From: Octopus vulgaris
Taxonomy: Eukaryota
DNA length: 64,000 nt
Assembly (NCBI GenBank): GCA_951406725.2
Contig: OX597837.1
Location: 44,206,001 to 44,270,000, forward strand
Reading direction: 5' to 3'
The notes below the pieces were generated by a model, which was given only the letters and a program-made list of their open reading frames with translations, did not search any database and was not told where the DNA came from. The translations under genes and the position numbers were made by a program. Shown here piece after piece: positions 26,470-40,198 of the stretch. Every line of letters begins with the position of its first letter. Positions within the stretch are counted from its first letter, which is position 1.

Positions 26470-27055
26470 TAGAGAGAGAGAGCAAGAGAGAGAGCGAGAG
26501 AGACCGATTGAGAGAGAGAAAGAGAGTGAGAGAGAGCAAGAGAGTGAGAGAGAGAGCAAGAGAGTGAGAGAGAGAGCAAGAGAGTGAGAGAGAGAGCAAG
26601 AGAGAGAGCAAGAGAGAGAGAGCAAGAGAGAGAGAGAGCAAGAGAGAGAGAGAGAACAAGAGAGAGAGAGAACAAGAGAGAGAGAGAGAGCAAGAGAGAG
26701 AGAGAGAGCAAGAGAGAGAGAGAGAGCAAGAGAGAGAGAGAGAGCAAGAGAGAGAGAGAGAACAAGAGAGAGAGAGAACAAGAGAGAGAGAGAACAAGAG
26801 AGAGAGAGAGAACAAGAGAGAGAGAGAGAGAGAGAGAGAACAGAGAGAGAGAGACAAGAGAGAGAGAGAACAAGAGAGAGAGAGCAAGAGAGAGAGAGAA
26901 CAAGAGAGAGAGAGCAAGAGAGAGTGAGCGAGCACGAAAGAGAGAGTGACTGAGCAAGGGAGAGAGAGTGAGCGAGGGAGAGACAGAGAGAGTGAGCAAG
27001 AGAGAGTGACAGAGAGCGAGACAGAGGGATAGAGAGCGAGAGAGAGCGAGAGAAA
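26470..27055. repeat. Compound (AG)n microsatellite punctuated by CAA
   Basis: Directly visible; explains the 272, 221 and 164 aa spurious ORFs. Confidence 0.95.
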
Positions 27056-29289
27056 ATGCTAAGTAATGAGAGATATTCTGAAGGAAGGGTCATTGTGATT
27101 TTTGCTTTTTTTTTTGGAAAGTGATATTTGAAGAATGTTTTTTGTCTTTCACAAGGTTAGGACAGGTAAAGGGTGATGTGTGTGTGTGTGTGTGTGTGTG
27201 TGTTTGTGTATACACACACAAGCACAGACAATCTAAACACACAAAACTAAATGAAAATGAGAAAGTAAGAGCGAGGGAGAGGAAGTAACCCGAAGAAGGT
27301 GGGGCAGGGGGGCGGGAGAGGTTGGAATAATTCTGGTAAATGTCTCAAAGACTCCCACAAGTATCATTGATTGTGCAGTAGTACCAAGCAGCCTGAGATC
27401 TGCTATGTCAGTAGAAGTGATGCCAAGTTACGTATCTGTACCATTATAGAGGCACAGGTAGAGGTGTTTGGCAGCGTCTGCAGGAATGGTAAACTTCTCA
27501 GCTAAAGATATCAGCAAAAACTTAGCAGAGACTCCAAATACCCATCACACACACACACACACACACACGCCTGAGCATCTAAATATACACATACACCTAA
27601 CTATAGCATACACCATGTACATAAACACACACACACACACACACATTGCAACAACACCTAAATACACACGCACACATACACATACAATAAGACTCAATTA
27701 CACACACACACACACGTGAAAGCAACAACACCTGAATATGCATACACACACACACACACACACTACAACAACCATCAGTTACACATACACACACTAACTA
27801 TATAGCATGCTCCATGCAACACACACACACACACAACTCCCAAATATATACACACAAGACTACAGCCCTATTCAGATATATATACACACACTAACAACAT
27901 ACACCATGCATACACACACACACACACACACACAGCATGCATCAAATATACACACACACAGATAACAGCATACACAAACACGCAGACACACACACACACA
28001 TAAGCACACACACACACACACACACAGTAACACACTAATTAGGCTATACATCAAAGACTCAGACTATAGCATACAACAAACCTACACACACACACACTAC
28101 ATAAACACATATCCAGCGCACCACATACACACACACCCTAAATTAGCAGCAGCACTCATTAATACTGGTCGAATTTGACCACTAATTAGATTAACGATTT
28201 CTTATATAAATACGAAAGATGAAACGCTGAGGCATCAGAGAAACAGGACTTGTTGTGAAGTTCAGTAGTAAAGATCCTTCCCAAGGACAATAATGACCCT
28301 AGCCCATTGCTCCAGCTGGGAACTGAAGCTTTATAAACAATTTCTCGTTAGCCAAAACGAACAACAATATCAATTCTTTATACTGTTGTTTTCATTTTTG
28401 TTTACTTGTATTTAGTTTAGCTTTCTTTTATTATCATCATGATGTTGGTGGTGATGGTGATGGTAGTGATGGTAGTGGTGGTAGTGGTGGTAGTGGTGGT
28501 AGTGATGATGATTGTGATAATGGTAAAATCAGAGGCAGAGAAGCAGTTCAAGACTTACGGCAGAGGGTAAAAGAGATACTTGCTCAAGGGCATTACTGAT
28601 GTAATCACAGTAAAGTTGCTGATTAGTTACCAGATGAACCATAATTAGCCACACTAATAATGGTTTCAAGTTTTGGCACAAGGCCAGCAATTTCGGGAGA
28701 AGAGGTAAGCCGATTACATTGCCCCAAGTACACAACTGGTACGAATTTTAATGACCCTGAAAGGATGAAATACTAAGTTGACCTTGGTGGAATTTGAACT
28801 CAGAACGTAGAGATAAAACAAAATATTGCTAAGTATTTTGCTCACATGGTAATGATTCTGACAGCTCACCACCTTAACAACAACAACAACAATCCTTTCT
28901 ACTATAGGCACAAGGCCTGAAATTTGAGGGGAAGTGGGTTAGTCGATTACATCGACCCCAGTGTTCAACTAGTACTTGTTTTATTGATGTGAAAAGGATG
29001 AAAGGCAAAGTCAACCATGGCAGAATTTGAACCCAGAATGTGAAGATGGACGAAATACCCCCTAAACATTTCTGCCAGTGTGCCACCCTTGATGATGATA
29101 ATGGTTTCAAATTTTGCCACAAGGGCAGCAGTTTTTGGCAGGAGGGGATGAGTTGATTACATCAACCCTCCTGTGTTCAACTGGTACTTATTTTATCAAC
29201 ACTGAAAACATTAAGGTAAAGTCAACCTCGGCAGAATTTGAACTCAGAACATAACAAGTGAAATACAGCTAAGCATTTCGTCCACCACA

Positions 29290-29700
29290 CTGCGTCCATC
29301 AATTGTCTGTACCTGCTCAAGTCAACCCTGTGAGCAGTGTCCCAATCAATTCTTACCTCTACAAGATTCTTTCTCATATACTGTGACCATATGACATGTG
29401 GCCACCCAACATGAGCCATCACCCTAGCTGGATTTTCAGAGAAGAGAACACAATACACCGGATCCCAACATGACCAAACAGCCTAAGCTGATGAACCATG
29501 AAAGAAACAGAACACAAAGTTCGTGAGTTGTTGATTGGATACAAAATCCAGTCAATGGTAATCCATAATCCTGTGAAATGTCCTGGTACCAAAGAAGTTC
29601 AGGTGGCTCCTAAGGTCTCTGGACAGTGTCCATGTCCAAGTCTCACAGCTAAAACACAAGACTGGGTCAGATATGAGGGCATCCTCTCAATGATTTAACA
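29290..29700 (-). mobile_element. Highly decayed RTE-like LINE 3' fragment
   Basis: Minus-strand translation GWPHVIWSQYMRKNL resembles the GRP..TW...V.KDL motif at RTE ORF ends. Confidence 0.45.
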
Positions 29701-29907
29701 TTTTACATACCTCCATCCCATATCCTACTTAATCCAGTACATCATCATCTTCGTTTTAACATCCACATCAATCAGACAATTCAATGAGGCAGATTTTCTA
29801 TGGCAGAGCGAAAGAGACTGATACAATAAGTACTAAGCTTACAAAGAATAAGTCCTTGGGCCGATTTGTTCGAATAAAGGTAGTGCTCCAGCATGGCCAC
29901 AGTCAAA

Positions 29908-29941
<34 letters not shown>

Positions 29942-32689
29942 GTGCCCCCTTTAGTGTCTGTCCTCCAAATCCAATCACAAGGATTTGGTCAACCCAGAGC
30001 CATGCAACACCTGCCCAAGGTACCACAGTGGGATAGAACTTGAAACCACATGCTTAGGAAGCAAACTTCAAACATACGGCCGTGCCTGTATCTAGAGCAA
30101 GTGGTTAATGCTATTTGATTATATCCTTGCACAATCACTGAAATTGATTAATTAGCCAATAGATGAGGATTAAACTGGATTAGAAATAGGAAGAGGAAAG
30201 CACTATCTTTTTCTGCAAAACTCATCATTTTTACATTTGACCCCAATCCAGAATGACAAAAGGCAAAAAAGACTCCAACAGAATTTGAACTTGGAATGTA
30301 TTGGGACACAACTGCCATTTTCATCATTTACATCCACTTTTTCACACTAGAATGGACCGGATGAACTATCACAAACAAAGTCACTTCTTATTCAAAGTTA
30401 CCACTTCAAGTCTATTGCTGGTTGTCGTTCCTATTAGCAACCATCTGACATAGTGTCTTGGGTGTATTTTATCCTGGCACCAACACTGGAGACGTTGCCA
30501 TATCCACAGCAATCCTAAAGAGTTCACTCTAACCTACATTGTGTCTCGTTTCCATTGACTCACCATCAACACCAGAGGGTTGTTATGACACCAACAGATA
30601 GGAGTAAAAGAAAAGAAAGACGAAGTAAAAGAATAAGAGAGGAGAGAGGGAAATAGAAGAGAGACTACAGCAGAGGCAAGAGAGAGAGAGAGAGAGAGAG
30701 AGCAATAGGGGAGAGGCTAGAGTAGGAGAAAGAGAGAGAGAAAGAGCAATAGGGGAGAGGCTAGAGTAGGTGAAAGAGAGAGTGGTCGACAGTTCATAAA
30801 AACAAATGGTTCATTAATAGCTTAATCAGGTTGCTAGATGTTGGATTTCTGGCATGTTGGCTTCTGTCCCACTTCAATTCATTTCCCAATAACACAAGAG
30901 ATAAGCTTAATTAAGGATTATCTAACACCTGCATCAGATAGGCAAGCAGTATTGAACTGTGTATTTGTGTGTGTATGCACATGTCTGCGCATCATCATTT
31001 AAAGCATGTTTTCCATGTTAGCACTGGTCGGATGACTTGACAGGATCTGGCAAGCTGCGAGTCCAGACCGATTTCCAATGTCAGCTTTAGCATGGATTCT
31101 ACAGCTGGATGCCCTTCCTGATGCCCACCACTCTAAAGTGGGTGGCATTGAGAAACATACACAGTGCGGTACTCAATCTATGAATGATTCTCTAAATGCG
31201 TAAACTGATTAATGAATGGGTTTTTTCTGAAGAAAATTAAACTCACATAACGAACCACAAGCAGACTACATGTGTGTATGCAAGTGACTTGGAATCCATT
31301 CATTTAAGAATTTGAAATCTGAACGACAAACCACAAGTGGGGTACATGAGTGTGTAAGTGCTAGGAGAGTGTTTGTGTATGATATGGTTATATTGAAAAA
31401 TTGTGTTGTGAACAGTTTTTCTGAAGAAAATCATATTCAGCTAATGAGCAGAAATTTGAACAATGAACAAGTAAACTGTAGGAATAAATAATGATATTGT
31501 ACTCAGATACTGATTTTATGAATGAACGAAAAATATTGCAATAATTCCAAAATGAAATCATTATCACCATCGTTTTATGTCCATTTTCCATGCTAGCATG
31601 TGTAGGACGGTTTGACCGGGGTCTGGGAAGCGAGGAGGCTGCGCCAGGCTCCAGTCTGATCTGGCAGTGTTTCTACAGCTGGATGCCCTTCCTAATGCCA
31701 ACCATTCCATGAATGTAGTGGGTGCCTTTTACGTGCCACCGGCACAGGGGAGGCTGGCAAATGGCCATGATCGGTTGGTGCTTTTACATGTTACCGACAC
31801 GGACGCCAGTCAGGCGGCGCTGGCAACTGTCACGTTTGGACGGTGCTTTTCACGTGTCACCGGCACAGGTGTCTTAACTACAATTTCCATTTGATTTTTA
31901 TTTTGATGTTGGTGTTGACATACTTGACTCAAAAGGTCTACTCAAGAACAGCAGGTCACCCTACGATCCGAGGTTAACACAGCAGATCGTCCTGCAAGCC
32001 ATGAACTCACTTCATTTGTCGGGTCTTTACAGTCACAGCATATCTCCAGAGGTCTCAGTCTTTTGTTGTAGCCTCTGAAATTGGTAAACTGTAATTCCAG
32101 CTGTCCATAATGTGAATTAATAAGATTGTACTAAAAACAAGTGCCACATGGTGGGGGAAAAGAGTAAATCCATAAAATCAATTAATGTATAAGAAACTGC
32201 CACCTGGTAGAGTCAAAATGTCACACAATTGGATGAATAAGCATAAGCTACATGAGAATGTGAAAGTAGATAAACATTACACCATAGAATCATGTCAAAT
32301 TATTTGGATGAATAAAAATAGACAATTAAAATACAATGTTTTGTGTCAAATCAACTGTGGATGCTCATAGACCATGTCCACATTTAATTGGTTGGAAGAG
32401 CATAAACGAGCAATTTGTTAATGTTGCTTTTCAATCAGCTTTTGAATGTTTATATATATTATAGAGAAAAATAGAGAAAAACGTGTACTTTTTGTGGCGG
32501 GAAGAAAACCTACCACAGATACAGCTAATGTAGGAACATGTACAAACACATGGAAACTGAGATACATGTGTGTGTGTGTGTTGCTTTCATCATCACTGAA
32601 CCAAGGTAGAACACTTTACTCTGTCAAACACTGGTATAATAACCTATCCCGCTAGTGCTAAGTAACTGATAAATTATCATGAGAAGGAA

Positions 32690-32846
32690 AAAGGCTGTGT
32701 GGTAAGTAGCTTGCTTACGAACCACATGATTGCGGGTTCAGTCCCACTGCGTGGCACCTTGGGCAAGTGTCTTCTACTATAGCCTCGGGTCGACCAAAGT
32801 CTTGTGAGTGGATTTGGTAGACGGAAACTGAAAGAAGCCCATCGTA

Positions 32847-32899
<53 letters not shown>

Positions 32900-32962
32900 A
32901 TGTTCGTGTGTTTGTCCTCCCAACATCGCTTGACAACCAATGCTGGTGTTTACATCCCTGTA

Positions 32963-32963
<1 letters not shown>
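32690..32963 (+). mobile_element. SINE family A, 3'-truncated
   Basis: Head and CORE-like block, ending in (TA)n. Confidence 0.85.
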
Positions 32964-33038
<75 letters not shown>

Positions 33039-33348
33039 CTGTATGTATGAGTATAAAAGAAAGGGAAGCAGTGAAGAGGAGAGCAACATAGGTAGTGGAG
33101 TGGGCAAAGAGAGAGATTTGATGAAGGAGTGAGAAAGTGAATGAGTGGATATAATATAATGGAAACACACAGAGACAGGCATATAGCACTGTGGTCTTTT
33201 GTTTTCCTTCTGTCCATTTAGTCAGACTGAGCTTATAATTAATTGTTATGAACTGATAACATTGTTAGAAACTAACAAACTCACACACACACACACGTAT
33301 ACAGCTAATGTAGGAACATGTACAAACACATACTGAGATACATGTGTG

Positions 33349-33393
<45 letters not shown>

Positions 33394-34837
33394 AGTCAAG
33401 TACATCAACATCAAGATAAAAATCAAATGGAAATCCGTAGTTGTGATCCCTGTGCTGGTGGCACGTAAAAAGCACCATCCAAATGTGGCCAATGCCAGTG
33501 CCGCCTTGACTGGCTTCTGTGCCGGTGGCATGTAAAAAGCACCAATCAATCGTGACCACTGCCAGTCTTCCCTGGCACCTGTGCAAGTGGCACGTAAAAA
33601 GCACCCACTACACTCACGGAGTGGTTGGCGTTAGGAAGGGCATCCAGCTGTAGAAACACTGCCAGATCAAGATTGGAGCCTGGTGCAGCCTCCTGGCTTC
33701 CCAGACTGTCCAACCCATGCTAGCATGGAAAACGGATGTTAAACGATGATGATGATGATCATGAGGTATATTTTCCACCTAAATGTGGCTGATCCCTAAG
33801 GGTCAGTGCTACTGTAGCTTGCAGCCCCAGGAAGACATCTCCTCCAGCTGGCTATTGACATGCTATCTGTGCCCTACCAGTATTTGCAAAGGGAAGTCCT
33901 TGTTCCCATCTCCAGCCTGGCGTGATACACACAGACCTGAGTTTCTGGGTATTGACCTGTCATCAGCATGTGACAACCACCAGTTGGTGATGGGAAGTGG
34001 TTCTCAATGCGAATATATATATAAACTTTTTCCAGTGATGAAAAGTCACTGATCTCGAAAAAATGGCAACAAGCATTAATACATCTCTGAGCAAGTTATA
34101 AACAGTGGTCGTGCAGCTACTGTTTATAATTCACTCAGATTTATTATTATACACGCACACACACAGGCATACCTCACCCTATGACCTTAATTGGTTCCAG
34201 GAGACACGACTTAAGTCGAATTAACTTGTCTCTAGGCTAGGTTAGACCGAATTTACTCATCTCCAGGTTAAACCAATAATAACTATTCCCAGTTCTGATG
34301 ATGATGAATGTTTGTTTACAAATATCACACAAAGACCAAGAAAAGAACACACGCACACACATATGAAAGGCTTCTGAGAGTTCAATAATGTGATTGTTAC
34401 ATCTTTGGAATGACATTGTAGGGTAGGTGTGAGAGATCAGTTCTGGCTGGTTTGAACATATTTGGGTCAGGTGTGGCCAGTTTAAATGCTAAAGGGTTAA
34501 AGAGTGAATCCCTATAGAAAATTCAGAGGGGATCCAAAGAAAGATATGCATGGTTATACTTAATCTATATCTGGCAGCCACTGTGAATTCATGGATGCTG
34601 TGAATGCACAGACTCCTCTTTCTTTTGTGGTGTGCCCACGAGTGGAAAGGCGGTAAGCATACTTGAGGTTAGACACTTGTACTGGAAACAGTATAGGCAC
34701 AGCAGAAGTTCCAAGTTACTGTCTCTGCAATACCACCAATGACAACAAAAAAAAAACCCAACCAATAAATACGAGGAAGGTTGGGTACAGCTGCTGCTTT
34801 TAAATATTTGAGCAACTATTAATAGAAAAAAAATATA

Positions 34838-35398
34838 TTGGGTTGTCCGGAAAGTTTGTGCCAATTTATAGTAGCTTACCTTTCGACTTATTTTAGAACA
34901 TTGTTGAGTCCATAAAATAGGATATGACTACACCTCCATTTAGAGAACAGTTTAAGCTATCTTTTCGTGGAAGAAGGTTTATGTTCCTATAACCTGTGTT
35001 AATTCTGTAACCCTTTAAAATGGAAGATAAGAAAGTTCATTTTCTTGATGCTTTGGGAACCAGACAAAAATTGCTGCAGCTCAGCTGGGATGTGTTACCC
35101 CACCCTCCATATTCACCAGATATTGATCCTTCGGATTTCCACTTATTCAGGTCTCTGCAGAATAGTCTTAATGGTAAAAATTTCAATTCCTTGGATGACG
35201 TAAAAGGATACCCTGATGAATTCTTTGCCATGAAACCACCTCAATTCTGTGAAGAGGGTATTTTCAAGTTAAAGGAAAGATGGAGACGCATTGTGCAACA
35301 AAATGGTTCATATTTGGTTGATTGAAAATGTAATGGCAAGAATTTATTAACCTTTTTCTTCCCTTTAAAAATCAGCACAAACTTTCCGGACAACCCAA
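34838..35398 (+). mobile_element. Internally deleted mariner (Tc1/mariner) DNA transposon
   Basis: TIRs TTGGGTTGTCCGGAAAGTTTGTGC / GCACAAACTTTCCGGACAACCCAA, with TA on the left flank. ORF 35020-35325 carries LPHPPYSPDIDPSDFHLFRSLQN (YSPDLAPSD motif) and a GIFKLKERWRRIVQQNGSY C-terminus. Confidence 0.93.
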
Positions 35399-35901
35399 AG
35401 CAAATGTCACTAAAATTTGAACCTTTGAGGAACAAGTTAAAGTTTCATGAAGCTTAAGCACTTCATCAGGACAAAATGCTAGTCAATAAATATACTGGGG
35501 TCGATTCATTTGAGTAAAATTCTTCAAGGCGGTGCCCCAGAATGGCCTCAATCTAATGACTGAAACATATAAAAGAGTAAAGTAAATTTAATTTTGGTAT
35601 AAATTAGTGCAAGAGATTCATCAGGGCAAAATTCTATTCTGTCTAAAGAATGGAACAGGAAAATTTTTAAGACCCAGAGCTGCTGAACATTATATAGTCA
35701 GTAAGACAACATATTCAGCTTCACATGTGAGATTAAGCATGTCAAAAAACACAGGGTTAAAAACCCCTATTTTTTTTCTGCCAGAATTAGTCATGCAGAT
35801 AAATGACATTGTTTATCTGTAATTTTAAGAGGGATCTTCTTTGCCCCTCCACATCACATATGCTTGCATTTACCTCACTACTAAGTAGAATACTATTACA
35901 G

Positions 35902-35976
35902 AAAAAAAAAACTGATTTTCCGGACGCTGGTAGTATGACACCAGCGTAGCTACAGTGTGTGCCACTCGGGCCAGCC
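35902..35976 (-). ncRNA. Candidate Pol III small RNA with a Y-RNA-like 5' end
   Basis: Starts GGCTGGCCCGAGTG; TTTTATA at about -30 to -24; internal 8-bp perfect hairpin; ends in a T10 run. Confidence 0.3.
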
Positions 35977-36534
35977 CTTCCGTTTGCCTTATGGAACTCT
36001 ATAAAACTATGTCTAAAATTGACCATAGCAAAACTTGCGTTGCATATTTTAAAACTAAATTATGTTGTAGTTAATATCCGTTTTCCTTTTGTTTGTTTTT
36101 TTATCCTTAGTCATTTGAAGCTAGTGATATTGGGTTATGTGTACGAATGGTAATAACAGCTTGTACAGTAGTGACAACGAAAGACGGTTTTGCTGTCCCG
36201 GCAAATGAGGTTTACACACGTGGTGCCGAGTCACGAGAGAGAGTGAGCGAGTTACAAGAGTATGAGAGGGGAAAGTTACAAAGACGGAGAGAAAGAGAGG
36301 AGAGAACACGAAAACTATGAGGGGGGGGTATAAAGAAAAGAGACAACGGGGGAAAAGAAAATTGGGTGGCAGAATTGTCAGACCGTCCGATAAAATGCTT
36401 AGCAGTATTTTCGATATGGTCCTTTAATATATTTTGAGTTCAAAGCTCGCCGAGGTCGTCGCTCAGCTTTGCCTTTTATTCTATCGATGTTGGCAAAATA
36501 AAGTACGGGAAAGTAATTTACGGGATGGATTTAG

Positions 36535-36915
36535 GTAGATAGACACATAGATAGATAGATAGACAGAGATAGATAGATAGACAGACAGAGATAGATAGAC
36601 AAACAGAGATAGACAGATAGATAGATAGATATAGATAGACAGATAGATGGATAGACAGAGATAGATGGATAGACAGACAGAGATAGATAGATAGATAGAC
36701 AGAGATAGATAGATAGATAGATAGACAGAGATAGATAGATAGATAGACAGAGATAGATAGATAGATAGACAGAGATAGATAGATAGACAGACAGAGATAG
36801 ATAGATAGACAGACAGAGATAGATAGATGATAGATAGATAGATAGATAGACAGATAGATAGACAGAGACAGACAGACAGACAGATAGATAGATAGATAGA
36901 GATAGATAGACAGAT
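36535..36915. repeat. (AGAT/AGAC)n tetranucleotide microsatellite
   Basis: Directly visible. Confidence 0.95.
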
Positions 36916-38370
36916 CAAGAGAGAACTTGTCATAGACGTAAACCATAAGAGCCACATAGACAGGCCAGAAGTCTGCAAACAATGCGTCGCGATAACGTGT
37001 GAGATGTGAAATTATGTCAAATACGGTAAATTTTTTAGCAATATTTTAACTGTGAAGTATATTTAAAATCTGACAGACAGCTTCTACGTTACAGTTTAAT
37101 ACCTGGCTGGTGTTGACAAGCTATGTGCTATTTATTTAATTGCCAACAAAAACAAAAAAAAAACAAACTGAAGTAATAAATGTGTCACTGAAAAATTTAT
37201 TTAAAAATAGAGTTTTGTCACTTCTGTGTATCATATGGAAATCTTTGAAAAAAGACAGTAACATTCATACAAACATGTGAAGAATTAATGTGATATAAAA
37301 CACGGAATATGGAGAAACAGGGGATGATTCGTGTGTTCTCAATAAGTTAAAACTGCTGTTTAGGAAATGTAAATCTAAATACCTATTTCTTTACTACCCA
37401 CAAGGGGCTAAACACAGAGAGGACAAACAAGGACAGACAAAGGGATTAAGTCGATTATATCGACCCTAGTGCGTAACTGGTACTTAATTTATCGACCCCG
37501 AAAGGATGAAAGGCAAAGTCGACCTCGGCCGAATTTGAACTCAGAACGTAGCGGCAGACGAAATACGCTAAGCATTTCGCCCGGCGTGCTAACGTTTCTG
37601 CCTATCACCGGTCTCCACCACCACCTGTCAGGTGTTGAGGGGTTGCAGTGGTTCTCAACTGGGGTCCACATGGCCCTTGTTAAAAGTTATCTGCGATAAA
37701 TTGGGGTTCTTTCCTGTTTGGCTGAATTGCTCATATTTCTTACAAAAAAATTCAAATCGGACCTGTTAACCCCAAAAATTATTTACATCAAAAAGGTGCT
37801 TTTTCTTTTGTATGAAAATCCCTATTTTTTTAACGATTTTTTTTACTGCTGTGTCGCCATTTTTCGGTGTATTTCAACCAGAAAAAATGTTCACTTAAAG
37901 AGAATAACAAGCTACATAATGCAAAATTTTTACTTTTCAAAAATTCCAATTCTAAAGGGTCGAAACAAACCCCGTTAGTAAGTTATATTTACATTATCAA
38001 GTCCACCCCCTCTCTCCACTGGCACCAACTTCAAGTTCCCTTGCCACATGATTCCGAGTTCACATCCCACCGATCCCAACATTGATATTTAACCCTCCAT
38101 CCTTCAACAAAAACAAGGAGTGCTGCCAGATATGTATAAGGTTGCAGTTCTAAGTTAAGAGTCGTTAAGTGCCATATTTGATGACATATAAAACTCATCC
38201 CAATTTCAGCATCCAAAATATTAGAGAGAAAAAAAGTTTTTGAGTGTATTAAAGCATACAATATATAAGGCTCAAGTTCGTACATAGGGGCCCAGAGTGA
38301 TTTTTTGAAACTTTTTTGAAACTTTTTTGAAAGAAAAATTATGACAAATAAAAAAGCGCGTCTTATAATC

Positions 38371-38766
38371 TAGGAGTGGCTGTGTGGTAAGTAGCTTGTC
38401 TACCAACCACATGGTAACGGGTTCAGTCCCACTGCGTGGCACCTTGGCTAAGTGTCTTCTACTATAGCCTCGGGCCGACCAAAGCCTTGTGAGTGGATTT
38501 GGTAGACGGAAACTGAAAGAAGCCCGTCGTATATATATATATGCATGTGTGTGTTTGTGTGTCTGTGTTTGTCCCCTAGCATTGCTTGACAACCGATGCT
38601 GATGTGTTTACGTCCCCGTCACCTAGCGGTTCGGCAAAAGAGACCGATAGAATAAGTACTGGGCTTACAAAAGAATAAGTCCCGGGGTCGAGTTGCTCGA
38701 CTGATAAAGGCGATACTCCAGCATGGCCGCAGTCAAAATGACTGAAACAAGTAAAAGAGTAAAAGA
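38371..38766 (+). mobile_element. SINE family A, full-length, low divergence
   Basis: Complete head to AAGTAAAAGAGTAAAAGAG tail. Confidence 0.9.
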
Positions 38767-39415
38767 GAGTATGAGTATCAAATGCGGTAATTCTTTGAGA
38801 GATCAATGCACAAATCACCCGAAGTCAAACCAATCGATTTCCATGGAAATATAATTACAACGCTTCCTAACATCGATACAAGATCATATATTTTGGGACG
38901 GGGGGAAAGTATAATCGACTATTTAACTAACTAGTATTTGTTTATCGTCTCCCGGCTGAATTTGAACTCAGTTCGTAACCCAAACACTGCAAGACATTTT
39001 GGTCGACCGTTTTACGAATTCTACAATTCACCGCTGTCATATTATTAATTAAATCAATTAAAAGATAATACGAATTAAAAGAATGCCTCATAGAAAAATT
39101 AAAATCAGAAAAAAAAAACCAAAACATTCAATGCCATGTTTCGAGTTTTTAGTTTAGCTTGACCTAGAAAGAAGCCTGGTTGTGTGATTAAGAAGCTGGT
39201 TTTGCAACCCACGTGGGTTCTGGTTCAGTCCCACAGGGCAGCACCTTTCACAAGTATCACACCCTAACCCTAACCCTAAAACAGATTAAAATGCAATAGA
39301 TCGATATTAGGGTCATAATTATGGGTGACAATTTCATATGACACTGCTAGAAAAAACTGCCGATATATATATATATATATATATATAGGAAAAAAGCAAC
39401 AAGAATGGATTAAAA

Positions 39416-39503
39416 TCTCGGTACAATTGTTTCGTACGAGGACATCTTTAATAAGCTACAAAAAATGCAGTAAATACAGATGGCTCGTACTCGTCAGCCG
39501 AAA
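39416..39503 (-). ncRNA. Type I hammerhead ribozyme motif (intact core, long stem II)
   Basis: Minus strand: tttcgg-CTGACGA-GTACGAG...CTCGTAC-GAA-ACAATTGT-A-ccgaga. Stem I has 6 bp; stem II is 7 bp perfect plus catct/agatg; stem III is the palindrome ACAATTGT; cleavage triplet is GUA. Confidence 0.88.
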
Positions 39504-40198
39504 AAACATCAGAGAATTCCCAAACATCAAAAGGGGTAGATACAAAAGAGGGTGTAAGATTAACTATATATATACTCTCTCACTTGTTGCCAAAATGAGA
39601 GGGTCAACACAATCCATATCTTATTTTTTTTTCTCAAACTAATTTTTGGTTTTAAGTTTTAATTAACTTGAAGAAAACAGTTTTTTTCCGTGACGTAATC
39701 GGTTTATTCATCAACAAAAGAAAAAAAACACGTCTGAAACAGCTGTAGTGAAGCCAGAACTTACACCTTACATATTAACATAGCTATATACATTTACATA
39801 GATTGGCTGCTAAGAAGAACGAAGGGTGAATACAGCAGGGAGAAGTGAGTACTAGATAACCATGTATTCTTAGAATATGTCTTATCTCTTGTAGTACTCT
39901 TATAGTCGAGCAGCTGGAATGGTCTACATCTACCACCAGCACCACCGCCGCCGTTATTCCTCAAAATCGTGGACTGACGATCACGTTAGGAATTATTATA
40001 ATTATTATTATTAAAATATGTGTGAATCGATAGGATCTACTGTAACCTTCTAAGGCGGTGCCCCAGCATGGCCACAGTCCAGTGAGGCAAACCAGTAGAA
40101 AGATATGTTGTGCGTGTTAATAACGAAATTCCATCCACACAGCATCTAAGTATGTCTCCTTGCAAACACACAAGATACACGTGCATGTGCGCGTGTAT

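Noticed and set aside
26181-27093. Long ORFs (272, 221 and 164 aa) and other LS/YI/VC/poly-V ORFs
   Set aside because: Translations of (AG)n, (TA)n, (TG)n and (GTA)n microsatellites; not protein-coding.
35430-35475. Minus-strand CTGATGA...GAAAC
   Set aside because: Stems I and II do not pair in hammerhead register.
39261-39280. (CCCTAA)3 as an interstitial telomere
   Set aside because: It is an internal part of the MITE family also seen at 9337-9737.
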